Shown: piece by piece, positions 9,689 through 18,935 of the stretch | Layout: each line of letters opens with the position of its first letter | Numbering within the stretch: position 1 is the first letter of the stretch | Source: a virus | DNA length: 64,000 bases | IMG/VR virus record: IMGVR_UViG_3300045988_117710 | Direction: 5' to 3' (one strand) | Translations under genes and position numbers: made by a program | The notes under the pieces: generated by a model | Told to the model about the DNA's origin: nothing | The model's database searches: none | What the model saw: only the letters and a program-made list of their open reading frames with translations

Positions 9689-10372
9689 ATGGTAGAGTTT
9701 ATTGATATCAATATTACTAATTTTGTATTTAGGAAGGTTATTCGAAGTTTATCAAAGTTGAAGAAAGCTGGTTACTGTGTTGATTTCCCTATTAAGGGCA
9801 ATACTACTATGAAGAATTTACTTTCTAGTGATTATACTTCTATGTATAAGAATGAGAATGGTTTATTCTTAAGGGTTTATGTAACTACTGCAGAGAATCC
9901 TTCTGAAGAAGATATAATGGAGATTTTAGATTTAGAAGAAGCTTCTAAAGCGAAGAATAGAGTATTACGTGCCAATAGCTTGAAGAATAAGTGTTCTTTA
10001 TGTGGTGTTGGTATTAAAGGAAATAGTCGCTTATATAATAAGGAAGTAGTTTGTGAGCTTTGTTTTGCTCGTAAACAGCTTGAAATTGCGGATTATATTA
10101 GTCAATGGGTTAGTTCTATGGGTGATGATATTAAATCGCTTGACAGTGTGCCAGAACTGGCTGACAGAGGGTTCTATATCACACGTGATGGTAAGATGTA
10201 TGGAACTAAGTATAGATCCAAGGGTAAGACTTTCTTGGAGTATCCAATCGAGAAGAAGGTAGTCATTCATGATAATGGATTGAGGATCTGTTGTCTATGT
10301 AGAGCTTTGGATGATAATAAGAAAAACCTTTACTATAATGTAGACAAATTGGTTAGTGAATTATTTGTTTAG
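9689..10372 (+). CDS. hypothetical protein with CxxC...CxxC zinc-ribbon (227 aa)
   Basis: GAGGTGA RBS; CSLCG / CELCF motifs. Confidence 0.55.
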   Translation: MVEFIDINITNFVFRKVIRSLSKLKKAGYCVDFPIKGNTTMKNLLSSDYTSMYKNENGLFLRVYVTTAENPSEEDIMEILDLEEASKAKNRVLRANSLKNKCSLCGVGIKGNSRLYNKEVVCELCFARKQLEIADYISQWVSSMGDDIKSLDSVPELADRGFYITRDGKMYGTKYRSKGKTFLEYPIEKKVVIHDNGLRICCLCRALDDNKKNLYYNVDKLVSELFV

Positions 10373-10380
10373 GAAAAGAA

Positions 10381-10416
10381 AAGCAACTTTTTGATGTAAA
10401 AGAGTTGCTTTTTTAT
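10381..10416 (+). terminator. rho-independent terminator
   Basis: aagcaact...agagttgc hairpin + TTTTTT. Confidence 0.55.
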
Positions 10417-10419
10417 TTT

Positions 10420-10433
10420 GTTTATCGTATAAT
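10420..10433 (+). promoter_or_regulatory. conserved TTTATCGTATAAT promoter-like motif
   Basis: Member of about 20-copy TTTCGTATAAT family, immediately after terminator. Confidence 0.5.
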
Positions 10434-10481
10434 GGTTATAGTGAAAGGGATACATGGTGTCATGTATTATAGGTGGAATTT

Positions 10482-10727
10482 ATGGAATTGAGAGATTTAG
10501 CTTTAAAGATGGGAGCAGTTAATATTGTTGTTAGTCATATCAATAGTGATTATTACAAGGACCATATTACAGTTGTTGTAAGTAATGACTTAGTTATGGA
10601 TTATGTTGGTAAGACTTATTCATTTATACCTCTAACTGAAAATGGTATGAATAAACAATTGGGAGCTGCTTCAGTTAGAAAGATTTTAGAAGCAATTAAG
10701 AATGAGCTTAAAGACAAATCATTCTAG
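10482..10727 (+). CDS. hypothetical protein (81 aa)
   Basis: AGGTGG RBS 6 nt upstream of ATG 10482 (track start 10473 is an in-frame GTG). Confidence 0.5.
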   Translation: MELRDLALKMGAVNIVVSHINSDYYKDHITVVVSNDLVMDYVGKTYSFIPLTENGMNKQLGAASVRKILEAIKNELKDKSF

Positions 10728-10739
10728 GAGGTGATTTTA

Positions 10740-11159
10740 GTGAATACTGTTAAGAGATTAACTCGAGATGAGTTTTTGGAGATGAAGAAGGATTTCATTT
10801 CTGGATTAACTTGTGTGAGTGGTTGTGTTGGTAATCCTGATGATAGGAAGAAGGCAAACTTCAATGGTGTTTATGTGTTTCTGAAAGATGATGAGGTGTT
10901 TTATATTGGTAGTTGTTATTCATTAACTAGAACTATTGGTAAGGACCGTTTTCGTGAACATGAAGTTGGACATCATACTAATTCTTGTGTGTTAACACAT
11001 TTGATGGAGACTTATGCTTTAACCATTAAGCAGGCAAGAGAGATGTTTAACTCTGTAGAGTTTATAGCATTTAAGTGTGATCCGTTAGAGTTTCTTTTAA
11101 TGGATAATGTGCCTGGATTAATCAATAGTGCAGGTTATAAGAAAAGGATGGGAGTGTAG
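10740..11159 (+). CDS. GIY-YIG nuclease-domain protein (about 139 aa)
   Basis: AGGAGG RBS then GTG; GVYVFLKDDEVFYIGSC ... R ... H fits GIY-(10)-YIG motif. Confidence 0.55.
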   Translation: MNTVKRLTRDEFLEMKKDFISGLTCVSGCVGNPDDRKKANFNGVYVFLKDDEVFYIGSCYSLTRTIGKDRFREHEVGHHTNSCVLTHLMETYALTIKQAREMFNSVEFIAFKCDPLEFLLMDNVPGLINSAGYKKRMGV

Positions 11160-11161
11160 TT

Positions 11162-11365
11162 ATGAAGATGAGAAAGTATAATGTCAGAGGGTTGTTGAGA
11201 AGAGGGAATAGAGCAAAGCAATTTTCTTATAAGATTGAAGCTAGTTCTATCAAAGTAGCAGAGAGTTCTGTGAAGGCAATTGTATCTAATTATTGTAAGA
11301 CAGTTTATCCTAATTTGGATGAAGTTAAGTGTATCATTAATAAGAAGACTGTGAGGTGTGATTAA
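11162..11365 (+). CDS. hypothetical basic protein (67 aa)
   Basis: ORF with weak RBS, coupled to neighbours. Confidence 0.45.
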   Translation: MKMRKYNVRGLLRRGNRAKQFSYKIEASSIKVAESSVKAIVSNYCKTVYPNLDEVKCIINKKTVRCD

Positions 11366-11703
11366 TGGATAGAGTGTTCATTTATGATGGTTCTGATGGT
11401 CATAAGGAGTTAGCTATCAAGGTTACTACTGAAGAGTGTTTTAATTGGGGTGGTTTAGCTGTTTGTGATTTGTGTAATGAGGATTCAGATGGTTTCTTAT
11501 ATTTATGTCCTGAGTTAGGAAGCAATGCTTTATGTAGTAAGTGTTTTGAGGAACATAAGGGTAGAGTTAAGTTCTATCAAGAGGATGCACCTTATACTCT
11601 TAATAGTTTATTGAGTTATGCTAATAACTATGGATTAGAATTCTCTGATACTGATATGAAGACTATTCTTACTTATGTTGCTTTATTGAAGGAGGTTGTC
11701 TAA
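11365..11703 (+). CDS. hypothetical Cys-rich protein (112 aa)
   Basis: CDLC...CSKC motifs. Confidence 0.5.
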   Translation: MDRVFIYDGSDGHKELAIKVTTEECFNWGGLAVCDLCNEDSDGFLYLCPELGSNALCSKCFEEHKGRVKFYQEDAPYTLNSLLSYANNYGLEFSDTDMKTILTYVALLKEVV

Positions 11704-11966
11704 TGTTTAAGTGTTATGATTGTGGTTATGTATTTGAAGAGCCAAAGCATTATTCAGAGGATAGAACTCCTGGTGGAGCATTTGAGGGTGGTTCTTTTAT
11801 AGAACATTTCACAGGATGTCCACAATGTGCTGGCGCCTATGATGAAGCCGTTGAGTGTGATGGTTGTGGTGAGTGGGCTTTCTCGAAGTATTTAGAAGCC
11901 ACTTGTGATGGTAATTATTGTGAAGCATGTATGGAAGAAATGGAGGTGGATGAAGATGAAGTATAA
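11703..11966 (+). CDS. zinc-binding Cys-rich protein (87 aa)
   Basis: GAAGGAGG RBS; CYDCGY, CPQC, CDGCGEW, CEAC motifs. Confidence 0.55.
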   Translation: MFKCYDCGYVFEEPKHYSEDRTPGGAFEGGSFIEHFTGCPQCAGAYDEAVECDGCGEWAFSKYLEATCDGNYCEACMEEMEVDEDEV

Positions 11967-12258
11967 TGTTGGTGATGAATTTATTTTACATACTTCTTTA
12001 GGAGATAAGGTAACTAAAATCGTTAATATTAAGTATGAGTTTGCTGATTATATTAAGGGTGGTCCTAAGTATGTTTCAGAGCAAGAGCTTGAAGGTTATA
12101 TGCTTTCTGGAGTTCTTAAGGAGTCTACTGAAGATAAGAAATTCTCTGATAAGGAGTTATTAGAGGTTGTACAGTATTTAGCGAACTCTGATAGATTTGT
12201 AGGTTTAAGTGTTAGTGATATCTTAAGAGAGGTAGGTGGCTCTGATGAGTTGGATTAA
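11956..12258 (+). CDS. hypothetical protein (100 aa)
   Basis: GGAGGTGG RBS before ATG 11956; overlaps previous stop. Confidence 0.5.
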   Translation: MKYNVGDEFILHTSLGDKVTKIVNIKYEFADYIKGGPKYVSEQELEGYMLSGVLKESTEDKKFSDKELLEVVQYLANSDRFVGLSVSDILREVGGSDELD

Positions 12259-12466
12259 GAAGTTGTTTTGTAGACATCAATGGAGAGCTGTTCAGAAGAG
12301 AACTTCCAATCATTGTGATGATTATATTTACTTTTCAGATTTAGGGTTTTGGGATGATATCAAATATAAATGTGAGAAGTGTGGCAAGGAAAAGATTAAG
12401 ACTGTGGCAAATAGCAAACATCCTCTGTTACATGAATGGGAGGATTTAAATGACAAAGATAGATAA
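12245..12466 (+). CDS. zinc-ribbon protein (73 aa)
   Basis: GGTAGGTGG RBS; CRHQW...CEKCGKE. Confidence 0.45.
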   Translation: MSWIKKLFCRHQWRAVQKRTSNHCDDYIYFSDLGFWDDIKYKCEKCGKEKIKTVANSKHPLLHEWEDLNDKDR

Positions 12467-13010
12467 AGAGCTTTATAAGATTTATGATGAAGCTTGGAGA
12501 GTTTTAGATGATTATAAGGAAGAGCTGTTGAAGTATAATGATACTTCTAGCTTGAAGAAGGCAATGTATAATATTGATTCAGTTGTTGTTAATAGGAGAT
12601 GTAATTCTAGGAGAGGTTGTTGTAAGCATTTAGATGGTAATACTGTTAAGGTTGAGCTTTCTGGTTATATGTTATCTTTACCAGAGAAGGAAGCAGTTAC
12701 TACAATGGTTCATGAGCTTCTACATTGTTTTAGAGATTCACGTGGTCATAGAGGTCAATGGTTATGGAGAGCCAATTTGCTTAAGAGTAGAACTGGGTTG
12801 AATATTACTAGGGTGAGAACCATTGAGAATGAGTATGAGTTGAGAAAAGATTATTATGAACAACGAGCTAGGAATCAAAGAGAATATAATATAGTTTGTA
12901 GATGTAAGAATTGTGGTTATGAGATTCGTAGAAGTAGGGAGACACAATTCACGAAGCATCCAGAGTTTTATAAGCATCCACAGTGTGGTGGAACTTTTGA
13001 AAGGGTTTAG
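12450..13010 (+). CDS. SprT-like zinc metalloprotease with C-terminal zinc ribbon (186 aa)
   Basis: GGGAGG RBS; VHELLHCF (HExxH) preceded by SprT-like region; CRCKNCGY...CGG. Confidence 0.65.
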   Translation: MTKIDKELYKIYDEAWRVLDDYKEELLKYNDTSSLKKAMYNIDSVVVNRRCNSRRGCCKHLDGNTVKVELSGYMLSLPEKEAVTTMVHELLHCFRDSRGHRGQWLWRANLLKSRTGLNITRVRTIENEYELRKDYYEQRARNQREYNIVCRCKNCGYEIRRSRETQFTKHPEFYKHPQCGGTFERV

Positions 13011-13046
13011 GTTTTGAATTAACGTAGTAAAGATTGGAGGTGTGCT

Positions 13047-13448
13047 ATGAGAGTTAATGTCGGTGATGTGGTTTTGGCAAAGTATATGAATTTTGATGGT
13101 GAGATATCTTTTGGTTTATTCACGATTTGTTATCATGAGTGTTATGATAATCCTGTTTCTACTAATTTTACAGCTATTAAGGTTTGTACTAGATCTGGCT
13201 GTTATCAAATTAATTTACTTAAACGTTCTTTACCGTTTTTGGAACATGATTCGTTTTTAAACTGTAATATGCAATTTCGATTCAGAGAGGATCAGGTATT
13301 AAAGATTTGTGGTAGGTTAACACCTTACTATTGTAATAAGATGTTACAGCAAGTTATGAATTACAATTCTGCTATGAATAGACAATTGCAAGATTTAATT
13401 GGTGATGATATTTTTGAAGATTTGAAAGATAGAATTTCAAATAGTTGA
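13047..13448 (+). CDS. hypothetical protein (133 aa)
   Basis: GGAGGTG RBS. Confidence 0.55.
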   Translation: MRVNVGDVVLAKYMNFDGEISFGLFTICYHECYDNPVSTNFTAIKVCTRSGCYQINLLKRSLPFLEHDSFLNCNMQFRFREDQVLKICGRLTPYYCNKMLQQVMNYNSAMNRQLQDLIGDDIFEDLKDRISNS

Positions 13449-13458
13449 GGTGGTTTTT

Positions 13459-14634
13459 ATGAAAGAGTTTGTTATTAAGAATGAACTTATGATGTTCATT
13501 GAGGAGCATGAGGATTGGAAGGTTCTATTAGCTTCTGATCCTTATAATCTAATTATTAAGGAAGATGAGGATTTTCCTAATGTTTATTTATTCAAGTATA
13601 ATATGTTAGAGTCTGATATGTATCAGAAGATTTCCCAAGAAGCGAGAGGTTTAATAGTTGAGGTTTCTGAAGTAGCTGGTAGACGTGTGACTAAGATGTT
13701 AGCACATTCTTTTGATAAGTTCTTTAACTATACTGAACCTCAAGGTGTTATGGTTCTAGAGAATTTCAATTGGGATAATTATAGTTTCCAAGAGAAGAGA
13801 GATGGATCTCTTATGAGATTGTGGTTCTATAAAGATAAGTGGGTTGTATCTAGTTCTGGTACTATTGATGCTCATAAAGCCAATATTCAGATTCCTAGTG
13901 TAGGTTATAATTCATTTGGTGATATGTTTGATGCTATTATTAAGAAGTATGATGTTGATTTTGATTCTTTAGATAAGGGGATAACTTATTCATTTGAGAT
14001 GACTTCACCAGACAATAAGATAGTAGTTGATTATGACTCTGATGAGCTTACTCTTATTGGTATGAGAGTTAACAAGTTGAATATGGAGCTTGATCCTATA
14101 TCTTTTAATCCATTTAAGGATATTAAGGTTGCTGAGAGATTTGAGTTTACTTCTCTTGATGATGCTTTATCTATTATTAATAATAGAACGAATTTTGAGG
14201 GCTTGGTTTTGGTTGATTCTAGTTTCAATCGTGTTAAGATTAAGACTGAGGAGTATTTAGCTTTAGCAAAGATGTCTGACATGGCAAGTTCTGATAGAGG
14301 TATCTTAAGGATGATTCTAGCTGGTACTATAGATGATGTTGCAAATCGATTACCACATTTACAACCACGAATTGATATCGTTAAGGGTTTTGTGGAATCA
14401 GAAATTACTAATATTAAGCAGTTGATTAGTACTGTTGATTTTACTCAAGATAGAAAGACAATTGCTCTATCAGTTAAGGATAGTCCTTATGCTAGGTTTG
14501 TATTTCCATTGATTTCTAATCCTGATCAGGATGTTATTGGAGCTTATTTTGTGTCTGATAACTTGGAGAAGATTTACAAATCTTATAAGGAAAGGTTCAA
14601 TTTAAGTGAAGAAACTGAAGAAGAAGTCATATAA
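13459..14634 (+). CDS. RNA ligase, T4 Rnl1-like (391 aa)
   Basis: GAGGTGG RBS; motif I QEKRDGSLM (KxDG nucleotidyl-Lys); upstream blocks EARGLIVE / FDKFFNYTE parallel T4 Rnl1 ECRGIMFE / MEKFFNLNE; size matches Rnl1. Confidence 0.7.
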   Translation: MKEFVIKNELMMFIEEHEDWKVLLASDPYNLIIKEDEDFPNVYLFKYNMLESDMYQKISQEARGLIVEVSEVAGRRVTKMLAHSFDKFFNYTEPQGVMVLENFNWDNYSFQEKRDGSLMRLWFYKDKWVVSSSGTIDAHKANIQIPSVGYNSFGDMFDAIIKKYDVDFDSLDKGITYSFEMTSPDNKIVVDYDSDELTLIGMRVNKLNMELDPISFNPFKDIKVAERFEFTSLDDALSIINNRTNFEGLVLVDSSFNRVKIKTEEYLALAKMSDMASSDRGILRMILAGTIDDVANRLPHLQPRIDIVKGFVESEITNIKQLISTVDFTQDRKTIALSVKDSPYARFVFPLISNPDQDVIGAYFVSDNLEKIYKSYKERFNLSEETEEEVI

Positions 14635-14650
14635 TAGTTGACTTCTTTTT
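14617..14650 (+). terminator. rho-independent terminator overlapping stop codon
   Basis: gaagaagtca...tgacttctt + TTTTTTG. Confidence 0.55.
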
Positions 14651-14666
14651 TGTTTTATCGTATAAT
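14638..14666 (+). promoter_or_regulatory. promoter TTGACT-17-TATAAT (TTTATCGTATAAT family), -35 inside terminator stem
   Basis: Consensus -35/-10 with 17-nt spacer. Confidence 0.6.
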
Positions 14667-14691
14667 AGAGACAATGAAAGAGGTGAATGTT

Positions 14692-15408
14692 ATGAAAGAC
14701 ATGCTTATGAATGAGTATAGTGTTTCAAAACTATTTGTTAAGAATAGTCCAACAAGTAGAATTAACAGCAGAGCGGATTTTGGTTATAAGGAAGAACATG
14801 TATGGGACATTGAGAAGTACCTATCTGATGAAGAGAAGTTAGAAATTATTGATTACCATACTGATGGGTTAGGTTCTTATATTCTAGATCTTATTAGAAA
14901 CTATCAAGTTGTAAGAGAGAATCCAGAGGTTCTTAAGAGAACAACTTATGGAGGGTTTAATAAGAATTCATTATTGAAGTGGTTGAATACAGCTGATCCT
15001 AGAAATGTATGTTCTAGAATTCTAACTCGTAGTTATCCTACTTATTGGATGTTCAAGAAGGAGTTTAGATTAACTGAGGATTGTCCTACAACTGACTATG
15101 GTTATAGGTTCTTATATACAGACCAACCTGTTGTTAGACAATGGTTTCATGATTTACTTAATAAGTTAAATAAGGAAGAGACTGAATGGTTTTTATTAAA
15201 TGATGAACATGAGGTTAAGATAAATAAGGTTAAGGATTTAGCTGATATTGTAGGGACTGACAATTTAAATAATCGTAAGTTATCTGACCTAGTTTGGAAT
15301 AATAAACGTGATGGTTTTACTGATGAAGAGTTGGATCGTTACATAGAAGTTTTAAGTGATATTGTTAATTATATGAATGAGAAGAAAGCTCAACTTGAGT
15401 TAATATAG
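14692..15408 (+). CDS. hypothetical protein (238 aa)
   Basis: AGAGGTGA RBS before ATG 14692; track start 14638 would read through terminator/promoter. Confidence 0.55.
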   Translation: MKDMLMNEYSVSKLFVKNSPTSRINSRADFGYKEEHVWDIEKYLSDEEKLEIIDYHTDGLGSYILDLIRNYQVVRENPEVLKRTTYGGFNKNSLLKWLNTADPRNVCSRILTRSYPTYWMFKKEFRLTEDCPTTDYGYRFLYTDQPVVRQWFHDLLNKLNKEETEWFLLNDEHEVKINKVKDLADIVGTDNLNNRKLSDLVWNNKRDGFTDEELDRYIEVLSDIVNYMNEKKAQLELI

Positions 15409-15420
15409 GAGGTAATGTAT

Positions 15421-15678
15421 ATGTCAAAAGTAAGTTTTATGTTAGGAAGTAATTTAGTATTTCAAATATCAAAGAGTAATTATATGTCTGCTAATCAGAT
15501 TGTGGATTTCTTAATGGAGCAAGGTTGTTTCACTCTTAAGAAAGACAATGTTATGAAGTCACTTGATAATATGTTATATTATGGTCGTGAGATTACAGCT
15601 GGTGAGTATGATTGTTTAACTGGTAAGGTTACATTAACAATCTCTGATGAGGTTTGGGAGGATCCATATGGATGTTAG
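15421..15678 (+). CDS. hypothetical protein (85 aa)
   Basis: TAGGAGGT RBS 9 nt upstream. Confidence 0.5.
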   Translation: MSKVSFMLGSNLVFQISKSNYMSANQIVDFLMEQGCFTLKKDNVMKSLDNMLYYGREITAGEYDCLTGKVTLTISDEVWEDPYGC

Positions 15679-15877
15679 AAGTTATACGAAGGATTTATTA
15701 AGGGAGCTTGGTGCTAAGGGATATATGATTGTCCCTTGCACACAAGAAGAGCAAGAGGAGATATTTACAACTTTGAGGTCTAATGGTAGATGTGCAAGAG
15801 CTGGTTATATCTATAATAAGGAACATGAGAAGATATTCTTTGTTCTAACAAAGAAGAGAAATAAGGTTGGTGCTTAG
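15668..15877 (+). CDS. hypothetical basic protein (69 aa)
   Basis: GGGAGGA RBS; overlaps previous gene by 11 nt. Confidence 0.45.
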   Translation: MDVRSYTKDLLRELGAKGYMIVPCTQEEQEEIFTTLRSNGRCARAGYIYNKEHEKIFFVLTKKRNKVGA

Positions 15878-15878
15878 T

Positions 15879-16370
15879 ATGATTAAGATTAAGTATGGTG
15901 ATTTGTTAGATGCAACGGAAGATGTAATCTGTCATCAATGTAATGTTCAAGGTATCTTTGGTGGAGGTTTAGCTGCTCAGATTGGTAAGAGATGGCCACA
16001 ATGTGCTTTCTCTACTGAAGGGTTCGCTGAAGTATTTGGTTCTGGTGTTCTAGGTATGGTTCATTATTGGAAGACTCCTGATGGTAGAACTGTTTGTAAT
16101 TGTTTTACTCAGAGGGAGGATTTCACTACTGATTATTGTTTTCTAGAGAAAGCTTTTACAGAGATTCTTACAATTTGTAAGGAGAGTAATCTTTCAGTAG
16201 CAGTACCATTTCAGTATGGTTGTGGTATAGCTCATGGTGATTGGAATCAGGTATTAGATATCTTTACTAGGTTATCTACTGATATTGGTGTTGATATTAA
16301 TGTTTATTATTTGAAGGGAAGTGTTCAAGATGCCTCTAATAGTGAAGGACAAATATTTGGAGAAGAATAG
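15879..16370 (+). CDS. macro-domain protein (ADP-ribose binding/hydrolase), about 163 aa
   Basis: IKIKYGDLLDATEDVICHQCNVQGIFGGGLAAQI matches macro N-terminal signature (GDIT...DAIVNAAN...GGGV). Confidence 0.65.
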   Translation: MIKIKYGDLLDATEDVICHQCNVQGIFGGGLAAQIGKRWPQCAFSTEGFAEVFGSGVLGMVHYWKTPDGRTVCNCFTQREDFTTDYCFLEKAFTEILTICKESNLSVAVPFQYGCGIAHGDWNQVLDIFTRLSTDIGVDINVYYLKGSVQDASNSEGQIFGEE

Positions 16371-16575
16371 TTGGGTTATAGGTGATTTACTAACTGCTAG
16401 AGAAATGATTGATGTTATTGTTAGAGATTTAGAATCTAATGGTAGAACTCATGTAGATTATGTTCTAGAGAAGTTAGAAAGAGCAGAGAATATTTTAAAT
16501 AATATTAATGGGTTATGTTTAAGAAATTCTAATAAAGGAGTGAAGAAAGATGAAGACACAAGTTCAAGTAATTAG
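16330..16575 (+). CDS. hypothetical protein (81 aa)
   Basis: GAAGGGAAG RBS. Confidence 0.45.
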   Translation: MPLIVKDKYLEKNSWVIGDLLTAREMIDVIVRDLESNGRTHVDYVLEKLERAENILNNINGLCLRNSNKGVKKDEDTSSSN

Positions 16576-16978
16576 GACCTATGATAGAAGTGTTTTTGAA
16601 AAACAACTATCTGAAGCTTATGCAAGTAAGGATGTAGTTAATGTTAATACTCATACCGAGTCTTATTTCAATGGAAGGGATTTAGTTATCTATTATATAG
16701 CAATTGTGTTCTATAAGGAGAATGTTGGTGAGATTGCTTTAGTGAATAGGTCTAAGTCAGATATTCTAGTTAGTAATTTAGGATTAAATTCTAGAGCTTA
16801 TGGTGTGTTGGTTAGACATAATAGACATATGACTCTTGGTGATCTTGTTGATTTAATAAGATCTGGTAGTATTTATAAGATGAAGAATATTGGTGGTACT
16901 ACTGTAACTCAAATTAAGGAGAGATTAGTTGAGTTAGGTTTAGTTAAGGAGGAGAGTTCAAATGGCAAAGATAGATGA
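16550..16978 (+). CDS. hypothetical protein (142 aa)
   Basis: AAAGGAGTGA RBS. Confidence 0.55.
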   Translation: MKTQVQVIRTYDRSVFEKQLSEAYASKDVVNVNTHTESYFNGRDLVIYYIAIVFYKENVGEIALVNRSKSDILVSNLGLNSRAYGVLVRHNRHMTLGDLVDLIRSGSIYKMKNIGGTTVTQIKERLVELGLVKEESSNGKDR

Positions 16979-17135
16979 GCTTAGAGAGATAGCGAAAGCA
17001 TATTGTAAGAAGATGGGTTATAAGTTTATATTCGCTAATGAATATAAGTTTGGTTTCGAGGATAAGCAAGGTGGTTTATGGACTTTAACTTATTTTGAAT
17101 TAGAATCTAAGTTGAAGGAAATGAATAATCAATAA
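16962..17135 (+). CDS. small ORF (57 aa), not in supplied track
   Basis: GGAGGAGAG RBS 7 nt before ATG; ends before the terminator cluster. Confidence 0.35.
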   Translation: MAKIDELREIAKAYCKKMGYKFIFANEYKFGFEDKQGGLWTLTYFELESKLKEMNNQ

Positions 17136-17147
17136 TATTGGGTAGGT

Positions 17148-17238
17148 TATTCGTATATTACAATGACAATTCTTTAGTTGTCATTTGTATGTCACGAGTA
17201 ACCCCATACTCAGTGAATAGCACTCTATACGAGTGCTT
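17148..17238 (+). ncRNA. candidate small RNA: TCGTATATTA promoter-like motif followed by two hairpins ending in a terminator
   Basis: attcgtatattacaat, then aatgacaa...ttgtcatt hairpin, then agcactc-tatac-gagtgct + TTTTTT. Confidence 0.3.
17212..17238 (+). terminator. rho-independent terminator
   Basis: agcactctatacgagtgct + TTTTTT. Confidence 0.65.
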
Positions 17239-17241
17239 TTT

Positions 17242-17254
17242 TCGTATTTAAATT
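17242..17254 (+). promoter_or_regulatory. TTCGTATTTAAAT promoter-like motif
   Basis: Family motif just after terminator, 13 nt before RBS of 17267 gene. Confidence 0.4.
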
Positions 17255-17266
17255 AAGGAGGTACCT

Positions 17267-18934
17267 ATGGTTAATGTTTTCTTTATTAGTGATTTACATC
17301 TTAATCATGGCAATATTATTGATTATTGTGATCGTCAGTTTAATAGTATTCAGGAGATGAATGATACTATTGTTAGGAATTGGAATAGTGTTGTAGGTCC
17401 AGATGATATAGTTTATTTTCTAGGTGATTTTGCTTTAGGTAGAGATGTAGATAAGGTTTATGAGGAGTATTCGAAGCTTCTGAATGGCACTATCTATTTC
17501 TTAAGAGGAAATCATGATAAGTCTAGATCTGTTGTATCTAGGTATTTTAATTTAATCGATACAGGTACGACTGTTTCTTATAATGATTCTCATTTCATTC
17601 TTTCCCATCATCCTTTATATGATTCAGAGATTCCTAAGGGATATGTTAATCTTCATGGTCATATTCACAATAACAAGTTGAGTAGGGTTTATGATTCTGG
17701 ATGTCATTTTAATGTTTCTGCTGATGTTACTGATTTCACACCATATTTCGTAAAGAATATTATAGATGATATTTCCTCTGGTTCTTTAGTTCCAAAGAGA
17801 ACTGGGGTTGATAGAGTTAGGAAGGATGATGGTAGTATGAGAAAGTTAGCTACAGTGCAAACTATTTTAAATGTTGAACCTATACCTGATGCTGATGCAA
17901 TTGAGGTTGTTACAGTTAAGGGTTGGAAGGTTGTTGTAAAGAAGGGTGAGTATCAAGTTGGTGATAAGGTAGTTTATTTCGAAATTGATTCACTTATTCC
18001 AAGAAGTTCAATAACAGAGTTTTTGATGGAAGATGAGTATATGTTGTCTGCTAGATTAAGAACTAGAAAATTAAGAGGTCAAGTATCTCAAGGTTTAGTT
18101 ATTTCTTTAGAAGATTCTCTTGTTATGGCTGAAGAGTTAAATGGTGCTGTTGAGTTATTTGATACTGATGATGGTACAGATGTTTCTGATTTACTTCATG
18201 TTGAGAAGTATGAACCACCTGTTACTTATGGTAACGAGGGTAGATGTGTTGCTTGGCCATTTACATTGACTAAAACTGATGAAGAGAGAATTCAAAATAT
18301 TCCTGAAGTTATTGATAAGTTGATCGAGAATGGAACTCATTTATGTATTTCAGTTAAGTTAGATGGTACTTCTATGACTGTAGTACATCAACCAGATGGT
18401 ATTCATGTAGCTGGTAGAAACAATGATTTTGATAAGACAGATGATTTTGCTTTCAATAATAAGTATTGGTCTACAGCTCGAAGATATGGTGTTACAGATG
18501 CTTTAGAAGAAGCCCATATAAATAATCCAGACAAATACTTTGCTGTTCAAGGTGAGTTAGTTGGTCCTGGTATTCAAGGTAATAAGATGAATTTATCAGA
18601 TTTGAATTATTATATCTTTAACTTATTTGTTTCTGAAGATGAATGCAGAACTTGGAAGAAGTTAGGTTATGAAGAATTAGTTCAGTTCTGTATTGATTAT
18701 GATCTTACTCATGTTCCTTATATTTATTCAGATTTCGAATTGAAGGCACATGGTTTAGTAGATGTTGATAGTATTCTTAAGTTTGCGGAAGGTACTTATA
18801 GAGATAATGCCGAGGGTTATTTCCCAAATGCTAAAGCCAATCAACAAAGAGAGGGGTTAGTGTTTAGAACTCTTGATCATCAATTCTCTTTTAAGGTTGT
18901 TAATAATATCTTCTTACTTAAGGGAGGAGAATAA
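17267..18934 (+). CDS. fusion of calcineurin-type metallophosphoesterase (N) and polynucleotide ligase-like nucleotidyltransferase (C); candidate RNA-repair healing/sealing enzyme (555 aa)
   Basis: AAGGAGG RBS; N: FISDLHLNHG / LGDFALGRD / RGNHD phosphoesterase motifs; C: SVKLDGTSM (motif I KxDG), VQGELVG (III), REGLVFR (IV). Confidence 0.7.
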   Translation: MVNVFFISDLHLNHGNIIDYCDRQFNSIQEMNDTIVRNWNSVVGPDDIVYFLGDFALGRDVDKVYEEYSKLLNGTIYFLRGNHDKSRSVVSRYFNLIDTGTTVSYNDSHFILSHHPLYDSEIPKGYVNLHGHIHNNKLSRVYDSGCHFNVSADVTDFTPYFVKNIIDDISSGSLVPKRTGVDRVRKDDGSMRKLATVQTILNVEPIPDADAIEVVTVKGWKVVVKKGEYQVGDKVVYFEIDSLIPRSSITEFLMEDEYMLSARLRTRKLRGQVSQGLVISLEDSLVMAEELNGAVELFDTDDGTDVSDLLHVEKYEPPVTYGNEGRCVAWPFTLTKTDEERIQNIPEVIDKLIENGTHLCISVKLDGTSMTVVHQPDGIHVAGRNNDFDKTDDFAFNNKYWSTARRYGVTDALEEAHINNPDKYFAVQGELVGPGIQGNKMNLSDLNYYIFNLFVSEDECRTWKKLGYEELVQFCIDYDLTHVPYIYSDFELKAHGLVDVDSILKFAEGTYRDNAEGYFPNAKANQQREGLVFRTLDHQFSFKVVNNIFLLKGGE

Positions 18935-18935
18935 T

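Noticed and set aside
18873-18935. Track start 18873 for the nucleosidase-like gene (and similar long N-terminal extensions at 11905, 14638, 27964, 36182)
   Set aside because: The extensions overlap the preceding gene or terminator, lack an RBS, and an internal ATG with a strong Shine-Dalgarno sequence is available. Starts were moved to the RBS-supported ATG.
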